Source of the DNA: a bacterium
GTDB taxonomy: Bacteria > Patescibacteriota > Minisyncoccia > Phycocordibacterales > CAIZLB01
Direction: 5' to 3'
Length of the DNA stretch: 64,000 bases
NCBI GenBank assembly: GCA_043745355.1
Contig: JAYTSY010000011.1
Location: 16,822 to 80,821, forward strand
Shown: positions 46,863 to 56,736 of the stretch, piece after piece
Numbering within the stretch: position 1 is the first letter of the stretch
Layout of the letters: each line of letters starts with the position of its first letter
Translations under genes and position numbers: made by a program
Notes under the pieces: generated by a model
The model's database searches: none
What the model was told of the DNA's origin: nothing
Seen by the model: the letters and a program-made list of their open reading frames with translations, nothing else

Positions 46863-47732
46863 TCAAGCTTCGTATTCCTTAAACAAGGCTGCCGAACGTT
46901 CAAGGTAAGCTTCAACAAACCTCCAATCAATCGGCTGTTTGCAATCCCTGCTAGGACGCATGCCGCCTTGAGCGTTGATGCTCAGGCCTGGAAATTTCTC
47001 CAGAAGCGGAATAAGGATATCGAGATTATTTGGCCCCAATCCTCCCGCAACAGCGATCCGAAGCTTCGAAAAAGATTTTGAGATCTCGTCGATGTGATTA
47101 GCGAGAAATTTAATATCCATCAACTTCCCCTCGCCCATACTCTGATCGAGGAGAACTGCGTCGATGACATCTTCGTAATCCCCCAACCTATCAGCAACCC
47201 GGATCGGATCACTGTTTACTTCTTCAAACGCTTGCCGGCCGACTTGGAGTACAACCCCGATTGGTCTCCGTTGTGCATGGATGGCACTCGCGATCATTCC
47301 CGGATCCGGCCACGTCATATCGAGTTGAATGGCATGGAGGTTTGGCCCCGCGCAATCCATCGCTTTCGATAGGCTATAGAAAAGATTCTGCTCGTCGGGC
47401 CAGCCTGCCGGATCGTGGAAGTCAGCGTAGTGAAGAGTGTTCAAGACACCTGCGTCATAGGCGGGAAAAATCTTCGGCAGACGATCTTTCAGGGGGAATA
47501 CCCCATCCCACTGGGACGGGATATTCCAAAGCGTTTTAAAGCTTATCATGATGCCGACCATAAGGACGGGTGGCACGTTCATGCCCTTGCAGGCCTTAGC
47601 GAGAACATCTCGCATTTTGATAGCCTGTTCTTCTTGCGTGAAGTCGCAGACGCCGACATAGCGTGGCACTAAATAGATGTATTCCTTTTGCATAGGGACC
47701 TTTCTGTTTGTTTGGGTTGGTTGTTGTGACAA
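46863..47732 (-). CDS. TrpF-like (phosphoribosylanthranilate isomerase family) TIM-barrel protein
   Basis: C-terminal IAVAGGLGPNNL...GLSINAQGGMRPSRDCKQPID resembles the TrpF LAGGLxxDNV...GVDxSSGVExxPGxKD block; no other trp genes nearby. Confidence 0.4.
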   Translation of the reverse strand: MSQQPTQTNRKVPMQKEYIYLVPRYVGVCDFTQEEQAIKMRDVLAKACKGMNVPPVLMVGIMISFKTLWNIPSQWDGVFPLKDRLPKIFPAYDAGVLNTLHYADFHDPAGWPDEQNLFYSLSKAMDCAGPNLHAIQLDMTWPDPGMIASAIHAQRRPIGVVLQVGRQAFEEVNSDPIRVADRLGDYEDVIDAVLLDQSMGEGKLMDIKFLANHIDEISKSFSKLRIAVAGGLGPNNLDILIPLLEKFPGLSINAQGGMRPSRDCKQPIDWRFVEAYLERSAALFKEYEA

Positions 47733-47777
47733 AGAGTCTAGATCAACAGTACAACAAAAGGAGAATTTGTCTACAAG

Positions 47778-48662
47778 TTAACGATTTTTCTTCTTCTGAA
47801 CTTTTAAAAAATTCTGTTTTGTAACGATCGAGCGTTTTAGGCGCTTCTCAAGCGATTTTCTTGCGCCGCCTGCAATATTTCCTCCAGCTTTCGCATCTGC
47901 CTTTAATTTTGGAATACCTTTTGAATTCTCATTCCGATGAATTTCGGTGGTTGACCTCTCTCCGAGCATTGTAAAAATAAGTTCAAAATCATCCATGTGA
48001 TCTCGGAGGTTTTGTTGCTCTAGACCCTTTAGATTTTTGTATTCTTGCGGAGTAACACCAAAAGTGGCTTTGGATATTTCTGAAGTCAGTATCTCATAAT
48101 CCTTGTTTTCCTTAGCTCCTCGGTTTTTCCATTCATCAGTTAATTCTTCTCGGATTGCAATGCCACGCATCCGCTTTTCGATCCAATCATCATTGTACCC
48201 TTTGAGTTTATAGAGCATCCGAGTACGTTTTGTAGCCAGCTCAGGATTCTCGATCTCTTGTACTCGTTCAAAACCTACTTTTGCGAGCCATCTCTTAAAT
48301 GGCTCAGCTTTTGGCGAGGGTATCGATTGAATAATACGGAAGATGCCTTCAATGTCAGCACAATCAGTTTCGTAGAATTTACCATCTTCTGCTGCTAGTT
48401 TCAGTTGTACCCAAAATGGGGACAACTGGTTCAGTTGTCCGATTTTTGCGGACAACTCATTATTACTCTCTTCCAATAGTTTTACTTTAAGGTCGCTCCA
48501 ATATTTTCTTGGTCTGTCACTACCTGTAAGCGCTTCCACTACATCCACCACCGAAAACCACCACTCTCCATTGTGAAGCACCCTTCGAATCTTCTGGTTT
48601 TTGAATATTGCGATTTGGGTTGAATCCATATTATAATTATATTCCTTTTTATTTTGTTGCAA
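47778..48662 (-). CDS. Bro-N domain protein (DinD / phage antirepressor / RhuM-like)
   Basis: IRRVLHNGEWWFSVVDVVEALTGSDRPRKYW is Bro-N-like; C-terminal part is RhuM-like. Confidence 0.55.
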   Translation of the reverse strand: MQQNKKEYNYNMDSTQIAIFKNQKIRRVLHNGEWWFSVVDVVEALTGSDRPRKYWSDLKVKLLEESNNELSAKIGQLNQLSPFWVQLKLAAEDGKFYETDCADIEGIFRIIQSIPSPKAEPFKRWLAKVGFERVQEIENPELATKRTRMLYKLKGYNDDWIEKRMRGIAIREELTDEWKNRGAKENKDYEILTSEISKATFGVTPQEYKNLKGLEQQNLRDHMDDFELIFTMLGERSTTEIHRNENSKGIPKLKADAKAGGNIAGGARKSLEKRLKRSIVTKQNFLKVQKKKNR

Positions 48663-48720
48663 TCTAGATATAAATTGTAAATATGTTGTTGTCAGAATAT
48701 TCAGAATTATTTCTGAATAT

Positions 48721-48927
48721 TTACTGATTTTCCTTAATAAAATCTTCCATTGAAGTCTTATTCACCAGTTCGGGGTTTATCTTCATCTCTACTCCTGAAT
48801 TAGCAATATGATCATAAATAAACTCGGCAGTAACATGATAATTGCCCTCAATAAGCTTATTGAGCAACGCGGCAAGCTCCCTCTTGCAGTGTTTTAGTTT
48901 AGTATTTGTTACGTTTTTTGTATCCAT
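48721..48927 (-). CDS. Hypothetical small protein
   Basis: ORF only. Confidence 0.3.
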   Translation of the reverse strand: MDTKNVTNTKLKHCKRELAALLNKLIEGNYHVTAEFIYDHIANSGVEMKINPELVNKTSMEDFIKENQ

Positions 48928-48936
48928 ACATTTAAA

Positions 48937-49926
48937 TTATTCATCCTCCGACGAGTTTTCCTCCCCCTCCACAACCACTCCGTTTGCCCTATCTTGTAAT
49001 GCACTAAAGATAGGTCCGATATTCCCGAGGAATATCCCTTCGATGTTGTGCCATGATTGCTTGAGGCGATGATCAGTGACACGATCCTGGAGGACGTTGT
49101 AGGTCCGGATTTTCTCGGACCGATCCCCTGTTCCAATTTGGTCTTTACGGTTTTGCGCGAATTTCTTTGCCTCTTCTTCTTCCTTAAGCAGTGCCAATTT
49201 AGCGGTTAAAATTGACATGGCCTTTTCCCGGTTCTTGAGCTGGCTCCGCTCTGATGTCGATCGTACATCGATACCTGTCGGCTTGTGAATGAGTCGCACA
49301 GCAGTTTCTACCTTGTTTACATTCTGTCCTCCAGCACCACCAGAACGAGAAAATTCCATTTCTATGTCTGCTGGGTTTATTTCAAAATTCAATTTTTTAC
49401 GAATGGGAAGGACCGCTACTGACGCAGTGGATGTGTGAATACGACCTGATTTCTCGGTCGCTGGCACACGTTGTACACGATGCACCCCAGTCTCATATCT
49501 AAAGTATTTATAAATCTCGGGTCCTCGTAATTCATATGAGGCTTCTTTAAATCCCCCAATCGCCGTCTCAGACGAGTCGACAAGTCGTGCTGACCAGTTC
49601 TGAGTCACCGCATATTTCTGATACATGTCCGCTAGTTGCGATGCAAATAACGCCGCTTCATCACCTCCCGCACCTGCCCGCACTTCGAGAATAATTTCTG
49701 AAGGATATTCGTCGGCAACTTCATCAGCTTTCATTATTTCCTTTAATTTTTCTTCAACTCCTCTGATTTGTTCGTTGAGGGTCAGAAGTTCCTCTTTTGC
49801 CATTTCAGCCATATTCGGGTCCTCAGCCATAGCATCAACCTCTTTTTTCTGACCCAAAAGCTTCTCGTATTCATACGCGTAATAGCTGGTCTTGTGATTT
49901 TGTTTTAATTCATCGAGATTTTCCAT
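48937..49926 (-). CDS. prfA: Peptide chain release factor 1
   Basis: GGQ motif [11 protein letters not shown]; RF1-type PAT tripeptide in RVQRVPATE. Confidence 0.85.
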   Translation of the reverse strand: MENLDELKQNHKTSYYAYEYEKLLGQKKEVDAMAEDPNMAEMAKEELLTLNEQIRGVEEKLKEIMKADEVADEYPSEIILEVRAGAGGDEAALFASQLADMYQKYAVTQNWSARLVDSSETAIGGFKEASYELRGPEIYKYFRYETGVHRVQRVPATEKSGRIHTSTASVAVLPIRKKLNFEINPADIEMEFSRSGGAGGQNVNKVETAVRLIHKPTGIDVRSTSERSQLKNREKAMSILTAKLALLKEEEEAKKFAQNRKDQIGTGDRSEKIRTYNVLQDRVTDHRLKQSWHNIEGIFLGNIGPIFSALQDRANGVVVEGEENSSEDE

Positions 49927-50000
49927 GTGTATTTAGGCTCTATTATTGTAGCAAAAGAAAAAGCCACATGTATTAAATGGTGGCTTTTTCTTTAACCTAG

Positions 50001-50222
50001 CTACTTCTTCTTTGTAACTTTTGTGCTCGCTGCTCGTGCCTTGAACTTTTCTACTCGTCCAGCTGTGTCGAGGATCTTTTCGTTACCAGTATAGAATGGG
50101 TGACAATTTGAACAGATTTCAATTGCAATCTTTTCCTTTGTAGAACCCATGACATAGACCGCCCCACAAGCGCAGGTAACGGTTGCTTTGTCGAAGTATT
50201 TTGGGTGGATTACTGCTTTCAT
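50001..50222 (-). CDS. rpmE: 50S ribosomal protein L31 (zinc-ribbon type)
   Basis: [10 protein letters not shown]...CACG...[10 protein letters not shown]. Confidence 0.9.
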   Translation of the reverse strand: MKAVIHPKYFDKATVTCACGAVYVMGSTKEKIAIEICSNCHPFYTGNEKILDTAGRVEKFKARAASTKVTKKK

Positions 50223-50261
50223 AGTTCAAGTAATATAGCACAGGGGCAAAAAAAGACAAAT

Positions 50262-50300
50262 AGGGTCAGACCCCTCCGACAAGAAAGGGGGTCTGACCCC
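50262..50300. repeat. Two inverted copies of GGGTC(A/T)GACCCC forming a 12-bp-stem hairpin with a 13-nt loop
   Basis: agggtcagacccc-tccgacaagaaag-ggggtctgacccc between the MltB-like gene and rpmE. Confidence 0.6.
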
Positions 50301-50304
50301 ATAT

Positions 50305-51660
50305 TTATTGCGCATTCTGGAGGATATCAATATTGGTCTGCAACGTCTGAACCCGACCCATCACCTGATCCCCATAGAATGAATTACTACCGCTACATGA
50401 GCGTCCTGAATAATATTTGCAGGCAGCATTACGCTGTGCGCTATATGTGCCGCCTGATGCTCCGAGATCACCCAAATAGAACGCAGAGGCCATGAACGCA
50501 TCTCTCGGGTTCCATGGGTCGGCTGGAGCAACACCGGTACTTGCCTCAATCCTGCTCTCGTTCAAAACCCACGTCGAAGGAATAAACTGTGCAGGACCCA
50601 TTGCTCCACCGTATCCAGTCGAGAATGGACATGATACGAGCGTCTTGTAGGGATCCCTACCGAGAGATTTTGTTATATCCAAAAATGGCTGAACATCGCG
50701 ACTCAGCTTCATGAGATTGGCAACACTCGCTCCGCTACTTTTGCGCGTCCCGGAACCCGTCGTTGCGTCAGCAAGATAACAGGTGCCGACATTAGCTCCG
50801 AGATTACTCTCTTGCTGAATGATAGCCAAGATGAACGCAGCAGGAACGCCCGTTTTTGCAGAGGCGTTGCGGGCATAGACTACCGCATCTCCGAATTTGA
50901 TGGCGGTAGAGTCACGTAATTGAAAAAGGGCGTTGCGGATCTTTGTGGCCTCTGCCTGCTTGTTTGCAATCTGTGTCTTGTATGTCTGTTGATCGTTTGC
51001 ATTCAACGCAAGTAGGCGCTGCTTCTCTGTTTGATTGGCCTGTACTTTTATCTTTTCACTTTCAATGCCCTTCTTTAAATCTAGCTCCTGACTACGCTTG
51101 GTGCTCAATTCATTCTTTACTTGCTCGGCCTGTGCCTTATTTTCTTTGACAACATCAAGCTTCTGTTGGAGAGATTGCTTGATTGATGCGAACGCATCTA
51201 CATCGATGAAAAATTCCATGAGAGTCTTGTTACTCAAAAAAGCTTCGGCGACAGAAAGATTATCTATTTCTCTCCCCCTCTCGAGGATGCGACCGATTGA
51301 TTCATGATCCTGATCGATCTGACCAGTGAGCGCTGTGATGGTGTTAGTTTTGACCGTAATATCCTTGCCGAGATTTGCGATGGAGAGTTCGTGGGCTTTG
51401 ATTTTCAGTTGAGCTTGTTTGATTTGGAGATCAAGTACCTGCTTGTCGCGGGAAAGTGATGTCCCCTCCTGCTTCTTGCTTCCAAGTTGAATCCCTAGAT
51501 CAGCGATCTGCTGTTCGGTCTGCGCAAGGAGATTTGTACATGCTTGCTTTTCCTCAGGAGTCACACATTGGTAATCATCAGCAAAGACAGAACTCGCCCG
51601 AAGTCCGAATACTGCGAGCAACAATATTAAAGAAATAAAAAAAACATTCCGTATGCGCAT
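50305..51660 (-). CDS. Secreted coiled-coil protein with a C-terminal MltB-like lytic transglycosylase domain
   Basis: Signal peptide; long coiled coil; AFILAIIQQESNLG and GAMGPAQFIPSTW resemble MltB/SLT_2 motifs. Confidence 0.55.
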   Translation of the reverse strand: MRIRNVFFISLILLLAVFGLRASSVFADDYQCVTPEEKQACTNLLAQTEQQIADLGIQLGSKKQEGTSLSRDKQVLDLQIKQAQLKIKAHELSIANLGKDITVKTNTITALTGQIDQDHESIGRILERGREIDNLSVAEAFLSNKTLMEFFIDVDAFASIKQSLQQKLDVVKENKAQAEQVKNELSTKRSQELDLKKGIESEKIKVQANQTEKQRLLALNANDQQTYKTQIANKQAEATKIRNALFQLRDSTAIKFGDAVVYARNASAKTGVPAAFILAIIQQESNLGANVGTCYLADATTGSGTRKSSGASVANLMKLSRDVQPFLDITKSLGRDPYKTLVSCPFSTGYGGAMGPAQFIPSTWVLNESRIEASTGVAPADPWNPRDAFMASAFYLGDLGASGGTYSAQRNAACKYYSGRSCSGSNSFYGDQVMGRVQTLQTNIDILQNAQ

Positions 51661-51684
51661 CTCCCTATTATAACAGAGTATTGT

Positions 51685-52338
51685 TTATTTTTCTGGTGTA
51701 GCTTCTGTAGTAGCGTCTACACCTTCTTCATCCTTCTTTCCCTTCTTTTCAGAAAGCTCGATATTTGCAACATCAACTGGAACTACCTCTTCAACTTCTT
51801 CTTTTGGAGCCGCGGTGAGAGCAACAACTTCTTCAGCTTCGAGGAGCAATGTTACACCTGCTGGGAGGACGATGTCACCCGCTTTGATCTGACTCTCAAA
51901 TGTAGTAAGAGATGAGATATCAACACTGATAGAGTGCGGAAGATCCTTTGGAAGAGCCTCGATTTCAACTTCGTGGAGTACCTTGATGAGAGCACCTCCC
52001 AAATCTTTGACAGCGGGAGAAACACCGACGAATTCGAGTGGAATGCCTACCTTCACTTTCTTGCCCTTTTCAATAACATAAAAGTCAGCATGACGGATAG
52101 TGCCGGTAACTGGGTCTCGGTCAATGTCATGGATGAGTGCGTCGTGCTCCTCATCGACACCGTTCAAGGTGATAATACTTGATTCACCGGCCTGTTTCCA
52201 GACTCGTAGGAAATCGCCTTCGTTTATTGCAATAGAAGTAGTAGGCGCTTTTGGACCATAAAATACCGCAGGGACTTTACCTGCAAGACGTGTTGCAGCA
52301 AGGCTTTCTGTTCGTTTCTCAACTGTAAGATTTATCAT
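51685..52338 (-). CDS. rplY: 50S ribosomal protein L25 / general stress protein Ctc
   Basis: MINLTVEKRTESLAATRLAGKVPAVFYG L25 N-terminus; Ctc-type C-terminal extension. Confidence 0.85.
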   Translation of the reverse strand: MINLTVEKRTESLAATRLAGKVPAVFYGPKAPTTSIAINEGDFLRVWKQAGESSIITLNGVDEEHDALIHDIDRDPVTGTIRHADFYVIEKGKKVKVGIPLEFVGVSPAVKDLGGALIKVLHEVEIEALPKDLPHSISVDISSLTTFESQIKAGDIVLPAGVTLLLEAEEVVALTAAPKEEVEEVVPVDVANIELSEKKGKKDEEGVDATTEATPEK

Positions 52339-52400
52339 AGGACTCGATTATATATATATTATGAAAAAAGGCAACTCTCTCACAAAGTAAAAATAGCTGA

Positions 52401-53084
52401 CTAAGGGATGAGGGCTCCTGTTGCACCATTATCAACAGTAACAACTTGATCGACGGTGCGATTGGTCCCAGAGGATAGATAAGGAGGCTGGCCATTTTGA
52501 GTGTTGAGAACCGGAAATGTACTTTGCGCAGATGAACCTCCTTTTGAATATGAATCTGTCGAAACATCTATCAATGCGGTGAAATCGTTCTTTCCCACAA
52601 CTACTCCCACTTTTTTATTTAAAATAGTTCCAATACTATCCGCATAAGTTTCCCCCTCGAGGGTTGTAAAAAAACCTGCGATACTAGTCCCCAATACTGC
52701 TCCACCAGAATCGTATTTATAGCAAGTATTTTGCCCATCATCGCTCGGGTCGCGCTGCACTGCGCCTAATAGACCGGCGGTAACAAGAACCTTTGAGGCA
52801 TTAACGGCTGCTTTGCAAAGAGGATTTGTATGACTAGCATCAACGGTGACAACATCGTAAGTGGGATATGCACCATTCTTCAAATAATACAATTCAAGTG
52901 CCGCCTGCATCTGTCGTACATCAGAGATTCGCTGTGCATCACGGCCTTTAATTCGAGCGGTCTTCAGGGAAACTAGTACAATCGAAGAGAGAAGAGAAAT
53001 AATTGCAATAACAACAAGTAGTTCAATAAGTGTGAATCCTTTTGTCTTTAGTCGTGAGTGAAATTGCTTTTTCATAGTATTCAA
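52401..53084 (-). CDS. Type IV pilin-like protein
   Basis: Prepilin leader and N-methylation motif KGFTLIELLVVIAIISLL. Confidence 0.7.
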   Translation of the reverse strand: MNTMKKQFHSRLKTKGFTLIELLVVIAIISLLSSIVLVSLKTARIKGRDAQRISDVRQMQAALELYYLKNGAYPTYDVVTVDASHTNPLCKAAVNASKVLVTAGLLGAVQRDPSDDGQNTCYKYDSGGAVLGTSIAGFFTTLEGETYADSIGTILNKKVGVVVGKNDFTALIDVSTDSYSKGGSSAQSTFPVLNTQNGQPPYLSSGTNRTVDQVVTVDNGATGALIP

Positions 53085-53094
53085 AATAATTCAA

Positions 53095-53319
53095 TTAAAG
53101 GCTTTGTATCGGCGCGGCGGCAAAAGAAAAATGAGCGAGATAAATTGCCACAATTATAATGAGAACAACCAAGCCAATCAGAAAATATTGAGCTTGTTCC
53201 TCTGTCTTTACTACCCCTATATTCATTAAGGCTCGTATTACTGCTGGAACTTGTTTACTCTTTTGGAATCGACTGTATAAAAAACGTTCTTGGTCGCTTT
53301 CAAATTGAAGTTCAGACAT
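53095..53319 (-). CDS. Hypothetical small membrane protein
   Basis: C-terminal TM LIGLVVLIIIVAIYL. Confidence 0.3.
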   Translation of the reverse strand: MSELQFESDQERFLYSRFQKSKQVPAVIRALMNIGVVKTEEQAQYFLIGLVVLIIIVAIYLAHFSFAAAPIQSL

Positions 53320-53374
53320 GATGAGTACATTATGACTGTTTTATGAAAATCACACAACAGGCTGCTGTGGTTAA

Positions 53375-54253
53375 CTATAGACGATTCATAACACGGAGCT
53401 TTGACTCTACAACAGCCTCGACTGCTGTGATTGTGGGAGCTGTTATGCGATACGGAGCTACCTCATCTGGATGTTCCGCAATCGATGCTTTTAGCGCGTC
53501 TCGATACGCCACACGAAGCTCAGTATTATAATGAACGATCGTAATGCCCGCTTCAACCGCCTGTAAAAGTTCTTCTTGGCTAATACCTGACGCACCGTGA
53601 AGAACGAGGGGCACTCCCGCTGATCCAGCAATCTCTCGGATCCGATCAATATTTAATTTAGGATTTCCACCACGTACTAATCCATGGACATTTCCAACTG
53701 ATGGAGCAAAAAGATCTATGCCCGTTTCTCGAACAAACTTGGCTGCATCTGATGCAGAAGTGAGCGAAGCAGGATCAACTCCGACCCCATCTGGCAATGC
53801 ATCCAGAATTTTTGATGATGTGCCGATGTATCCGAGTTCAGCTTCTATGAGTACCTCTCTGCCCGTCGAAGCCTTGATTGACTGAGCGTATTCCACACAC
53901 AACCGAGTCATTTTTACATTTTCATCAAATGATAACTTTGCGCCGTCGATAATGACCGCGTCGTACCCCGCATCAATCGCCTCTTTGACACGCTCAAATG
54001 AATACGTATGGTCGGCATTGATAAATATGGGGTAACTATCGCGTTCGCGGACCGCTTTGACTATTGCTGCCGCTTCCTGAACGCCAACAAAATCGCGTTC
54101 ACCTTCTGAGACGCCAATGATTACCGGAACGTTCAATTTGCGAGCAGCGTTGTAGATTGCGTGGAAGTTTTCTAAGTTTGAAATGTTAAAATGACCGACC
54201 GCCACGCCTTTTTCGATTGCCTGCGCCAAAGTTTTTTTCAGTGTATAATTCAT
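53375..54253 (-). CDS. fba: Class II fructose-bisphosphate aldolase
   Basis: FbaA/tagatose-bisphosphate aldolase family motifs (GHFNISNLE; LHGASGIS). Confidence 0.9.
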   Translation of the reverse strand: MNYTLKKTLAQAIEKGVAVGHFNISNLENFHAIYNAARKLNVPVIIGVSEGERDFVGVQEAAAIVKAVRERDSYPIFINADHTYSFERVKEAIDAGYDAVIIDGAKLSFDENVKMTRLCVEYAQSIKASTGREVLIEAELGYIGTSSKILDALPDGVGVDPASLTSASDAAKFVRETGIDLFAPSVGNVHGLVRGGNPKLNIDRIREIAGSAGVPLVLHGASGISQEELLQAVEAGITIVHYNTELRVAYRDALKASIAEHPDEVAPYRITAPTITAVEAVVESKLRVMNRL

Positions 54254-54288
54254 GCGTTCAATAATATCACATCTAAAATTGATTTCCT

Positions 54289-56724
54289 GTGGCTAAGTAT
54301 ATCTCCTCTCGCACATACGAATTATTTCTTCGATTACTGCGCCATCCTCTCACAATGATTGTCGTACTCGGAGCTGGGTTGTATTTTTTTCAATACACCT
54401 TCTTAACGACCTACCTTCACTACGGACCATTGGTGGGTGACGACAGCAGTGGGCATGCAGCAATCGGTAGGTATTATGCCGATAATATTTTTCCAGACAT
54501 TTGGGGTTGGGCGCCACGATGGTTTGGAGGACTTGCCTTTCCTCAATTCTATCCACCGTTATTTTATTTCCTTGTCGCCCTCATATATAAAGTAACGAAT
54601 CTCTCATACGCAGTGGTATTTACTGGAGTTATTTTCACTACTATTCTCATTCTGCCAGGTCTTGTCGCTGCGGTCACTTTGCGCATAAGCAAGTCCGCGC
54701 TCGCTGCGTGGATAGCTGGAATTTTCTATCTACTTATTGAATGTACTTTTCGATCTTATGACGAATCACTTTTTGGGGGCACCGTGCAATCAACGGTGAA
54801 TGTTGGGCTGATAACTCAACAACTTGGGTTATGTTGTTTCCTCGTATGGCTTTACTTTTTTGTAGATAAGGAAAAAAACTGGTATCGGCAATTTATTACC
54901 GTGTTACTTCTTGCCGTCTCATTAGTCTCAAACACATTCATCCCTCCATTATTACTATTTTGCATGATTGCTTTTTTTATCGCGGAATTTCCTTATCAAT
55001 CACATTGGAGATCTAGGCTCACCTATGTAGGTTCATATATCATTCAAGGTATCATTCCACTTTTAATTGTGGCAATGTGGTATATACCATTACTCACTCA
55101 TCAGCAATTTGCATCGTCAGTATCACAACGACGGTTTGATCTTACAGTTCTCATCAATGCGTGGCGACCCCTCCTGATTGTGTTTTCGCTTGCATTATAC
55201 AATATTCGAAAAACAAAGAACAAAAAAATTTGGGCGGTACTTATTCTTTTTATATTTCTATTTTTGCCGACTGTTGTGCCTTTGGAGCAATGGTTTCCAA
55301 ACAGCCCGATCCAAAGCTATAGACTGCTCAGCGGATTGCTTATCTGTATTTCAATAGTCGTAGGGTGTTCTGTCACTGAACTACGTTCGCGCTTTAATCG
55401 GAGCTCCGAGCAGTTTTTTGTTGCCCTATACTCTCTGTTGATCCTATTTTGTGTTTCTATTTTCTACGTAACTGGTATCGAATATCAGAACTACTCTCAT
55501 TTCTATACGCAGTACGAACGCGACCAAGTAAAAGAAACTTCCGAGACACTTCCTCCAAATTCAGGTCGTATCAGCACCGAAGCAGGACTCGGTAGTTATA
55601 ACGGAGAACGCTCATATAACTATGCACTTCTTGATCCTGGGCTCGGGAATGGAAACCTTGAAAGTGACTACATTGTGCTCACCGACTCCTCCCTTTCGTC
55701 TGCCTTTATGCTTGCATCTCGTAATTCATTTTCTCGCAATCAAGAATTCCTTACAGGGACTTCATACATTGCAAACGATGAAAGATTTCTAAAGCAACCA
55801 ATTGCTTACAGAATAGATCGAGCAAAATATTTGGGAATAAAATATATTTTTACCAATAATGCATCTTCTACACGTGTACTTTTGCAAAGCCCCGAAGTGA
55901 GTCGTGCAGAATGGGGCCGGTGGAATATGTTTGCTATTAAAGACGCAGTCCATCTTGCTGAGGTTCCATCTTTTACTCCAACATTGCTTTTTGCTGAATT
56001 AAAGACAAAAAACAGACCATACGACTCATATGATTTTTTGCATTTTCAAGAAGAATTGTTTATCGGACCACATCGCAATATCATATTTACCGCGCCACAA
56101 GACGCTTATATCGATTCATCGAATGATTTTGCTCGTTTTCCCACGGTTGTCATATCAAATTATCAATATCACGATATTCAGGCAGCCTATCAACAACTAG
56201 CTACTTATTCAGAAAAAAATAATCTTATTTTGATGGAAAGTTCAAATCCTCTATTTACAATTCTGACCAAACGTCTCTTGAATCATTCTCACAAAATCAC
56301 GATCATTCCTACTGAAAGTCCTGCGAACACTGTCTACTATGCGACCAGGAACTCAATTAAACTGGCATTCAAGGCAATCGAGGAGGTACAGTCAGTAACG
56401 GCCCCACAGGTTTCCGTGCAAAATATACAAGCCCATGGTTCAACAATTGAAATACAGCTATCAGCAAAACCCACAACACCGGTTCCTGTGCTCATTCGAT
56501 ATTCCTATTTCCCTACGTGGAAAGCTGTCGGCATTGCTTCCTCCACAGCTGTTTATTTGGCCACACCTACTTTTATGCTTGTGTTTGCTACCGAACAGCA
56601 TGTCACCTTGACGTTTGAAAAAGATAGTTCCGTAAACGTGGGATACATTTTAAGTATTATAGGTTTTTTGCTCCTCATTGTTAGATTCTTGTTTAGCATG
56701 AAGCACGTGCAGAGAAAGAAATGA
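54289..56724 (+). CDS. Large polytopic membrane protein with extracytoplasmic C-terminal domain (GT-C/YfhO-like glycosyltransferase candidate)
   Basis: More than 10 predicted TM helices in the first ~400 aa; soluble C-terminal half; terminal TM. Confidence 0.4.
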   Translation: MAKYISSRTYELFLRLLRHPLTMIVVLGAGLYFFQYTFLTTYLHYGPLVGDDSSGHAAIGRYYADNIFPDIWGWAPRWFGGLAFPQFYPPLFYFLVALIYKVTNLSYAVVFTGVIFTTILILPGLVAAVTLRISKSALAAWIAGIFYLLIECTFRSYDESLFGGTVQSTVNVGLITQQLGLCCFLVWLYFFVDKEKNWYRQFITVLLLAVSLVSNTFIPPLLLFCMIAFFIAEFPYQSHWRSRLTYVGSYIIQGIIPLLIVAMWYIPLLTHQQFASSVSQRRFDLTVLINAWRPLLIVFSLALYNIRKTKNKKIWAVLILFIFLFLPTVVPLEQWFPNSPIQSYRLLSGLLICISIVVGCSVTELRSRFNRSSEQFFVALYSLLILFCVSIFYVTGIEYQNYSHFYTQYERDQVKETSETLPPNSGRISTEAGLGSYNGERSYNYALLDPGLGNGNLESDYIVLTDSSLSSAFMLASRNSFSRNQEFLTGTSYIANDERFLKQPIAYRIDRAKYLGIKYIFTNNASSTRVLLQSPEVSRAEWGRWNMFAIKDAVHLAEVPSFTPTLLFAELKTKNRPYDSYDFLHFQEELFIGPHRNIIFTAPQDAYIDSSNDFARFPTVVISNYQYHDIQAAYQQLATYSEKNNLILMESSNPLFTILTKRLLNHSHKITIIPTESPANTVYYATRNSIKLAFKAIEEVQSVTAPQVSVQNIQAHGSTIEIQLSAKPTTPVPVLIRYSYFPTWKAVGIASSTAVYLATPTFMLVFATEQHVTLTFEKDSSVNVGYILSIIGFLLLIVRFLFSMKHVQRKK

Positions 56725-56736
56725 TATACTTAAGTT

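Noticed and set aside
48663-48720. 10-bp inverted repeat aatattcaga...tctgaatatt upstream of the Bro-N gene, considered as a terminator or operator
   Set aside because: There is no adjacent T-run on either strand and no second copy. It is too weak to call, and may be a simple operator or chance AT-rich palindrome.
47778-48927. Prophage call based on the Bro-N/RhuM gene
   Set aside because: No integrase, terminase, capsid or att-like repeats nearby. A single Bro-N gene is insufficient; it is recorded only as a possible remnant or defence-associated gene.
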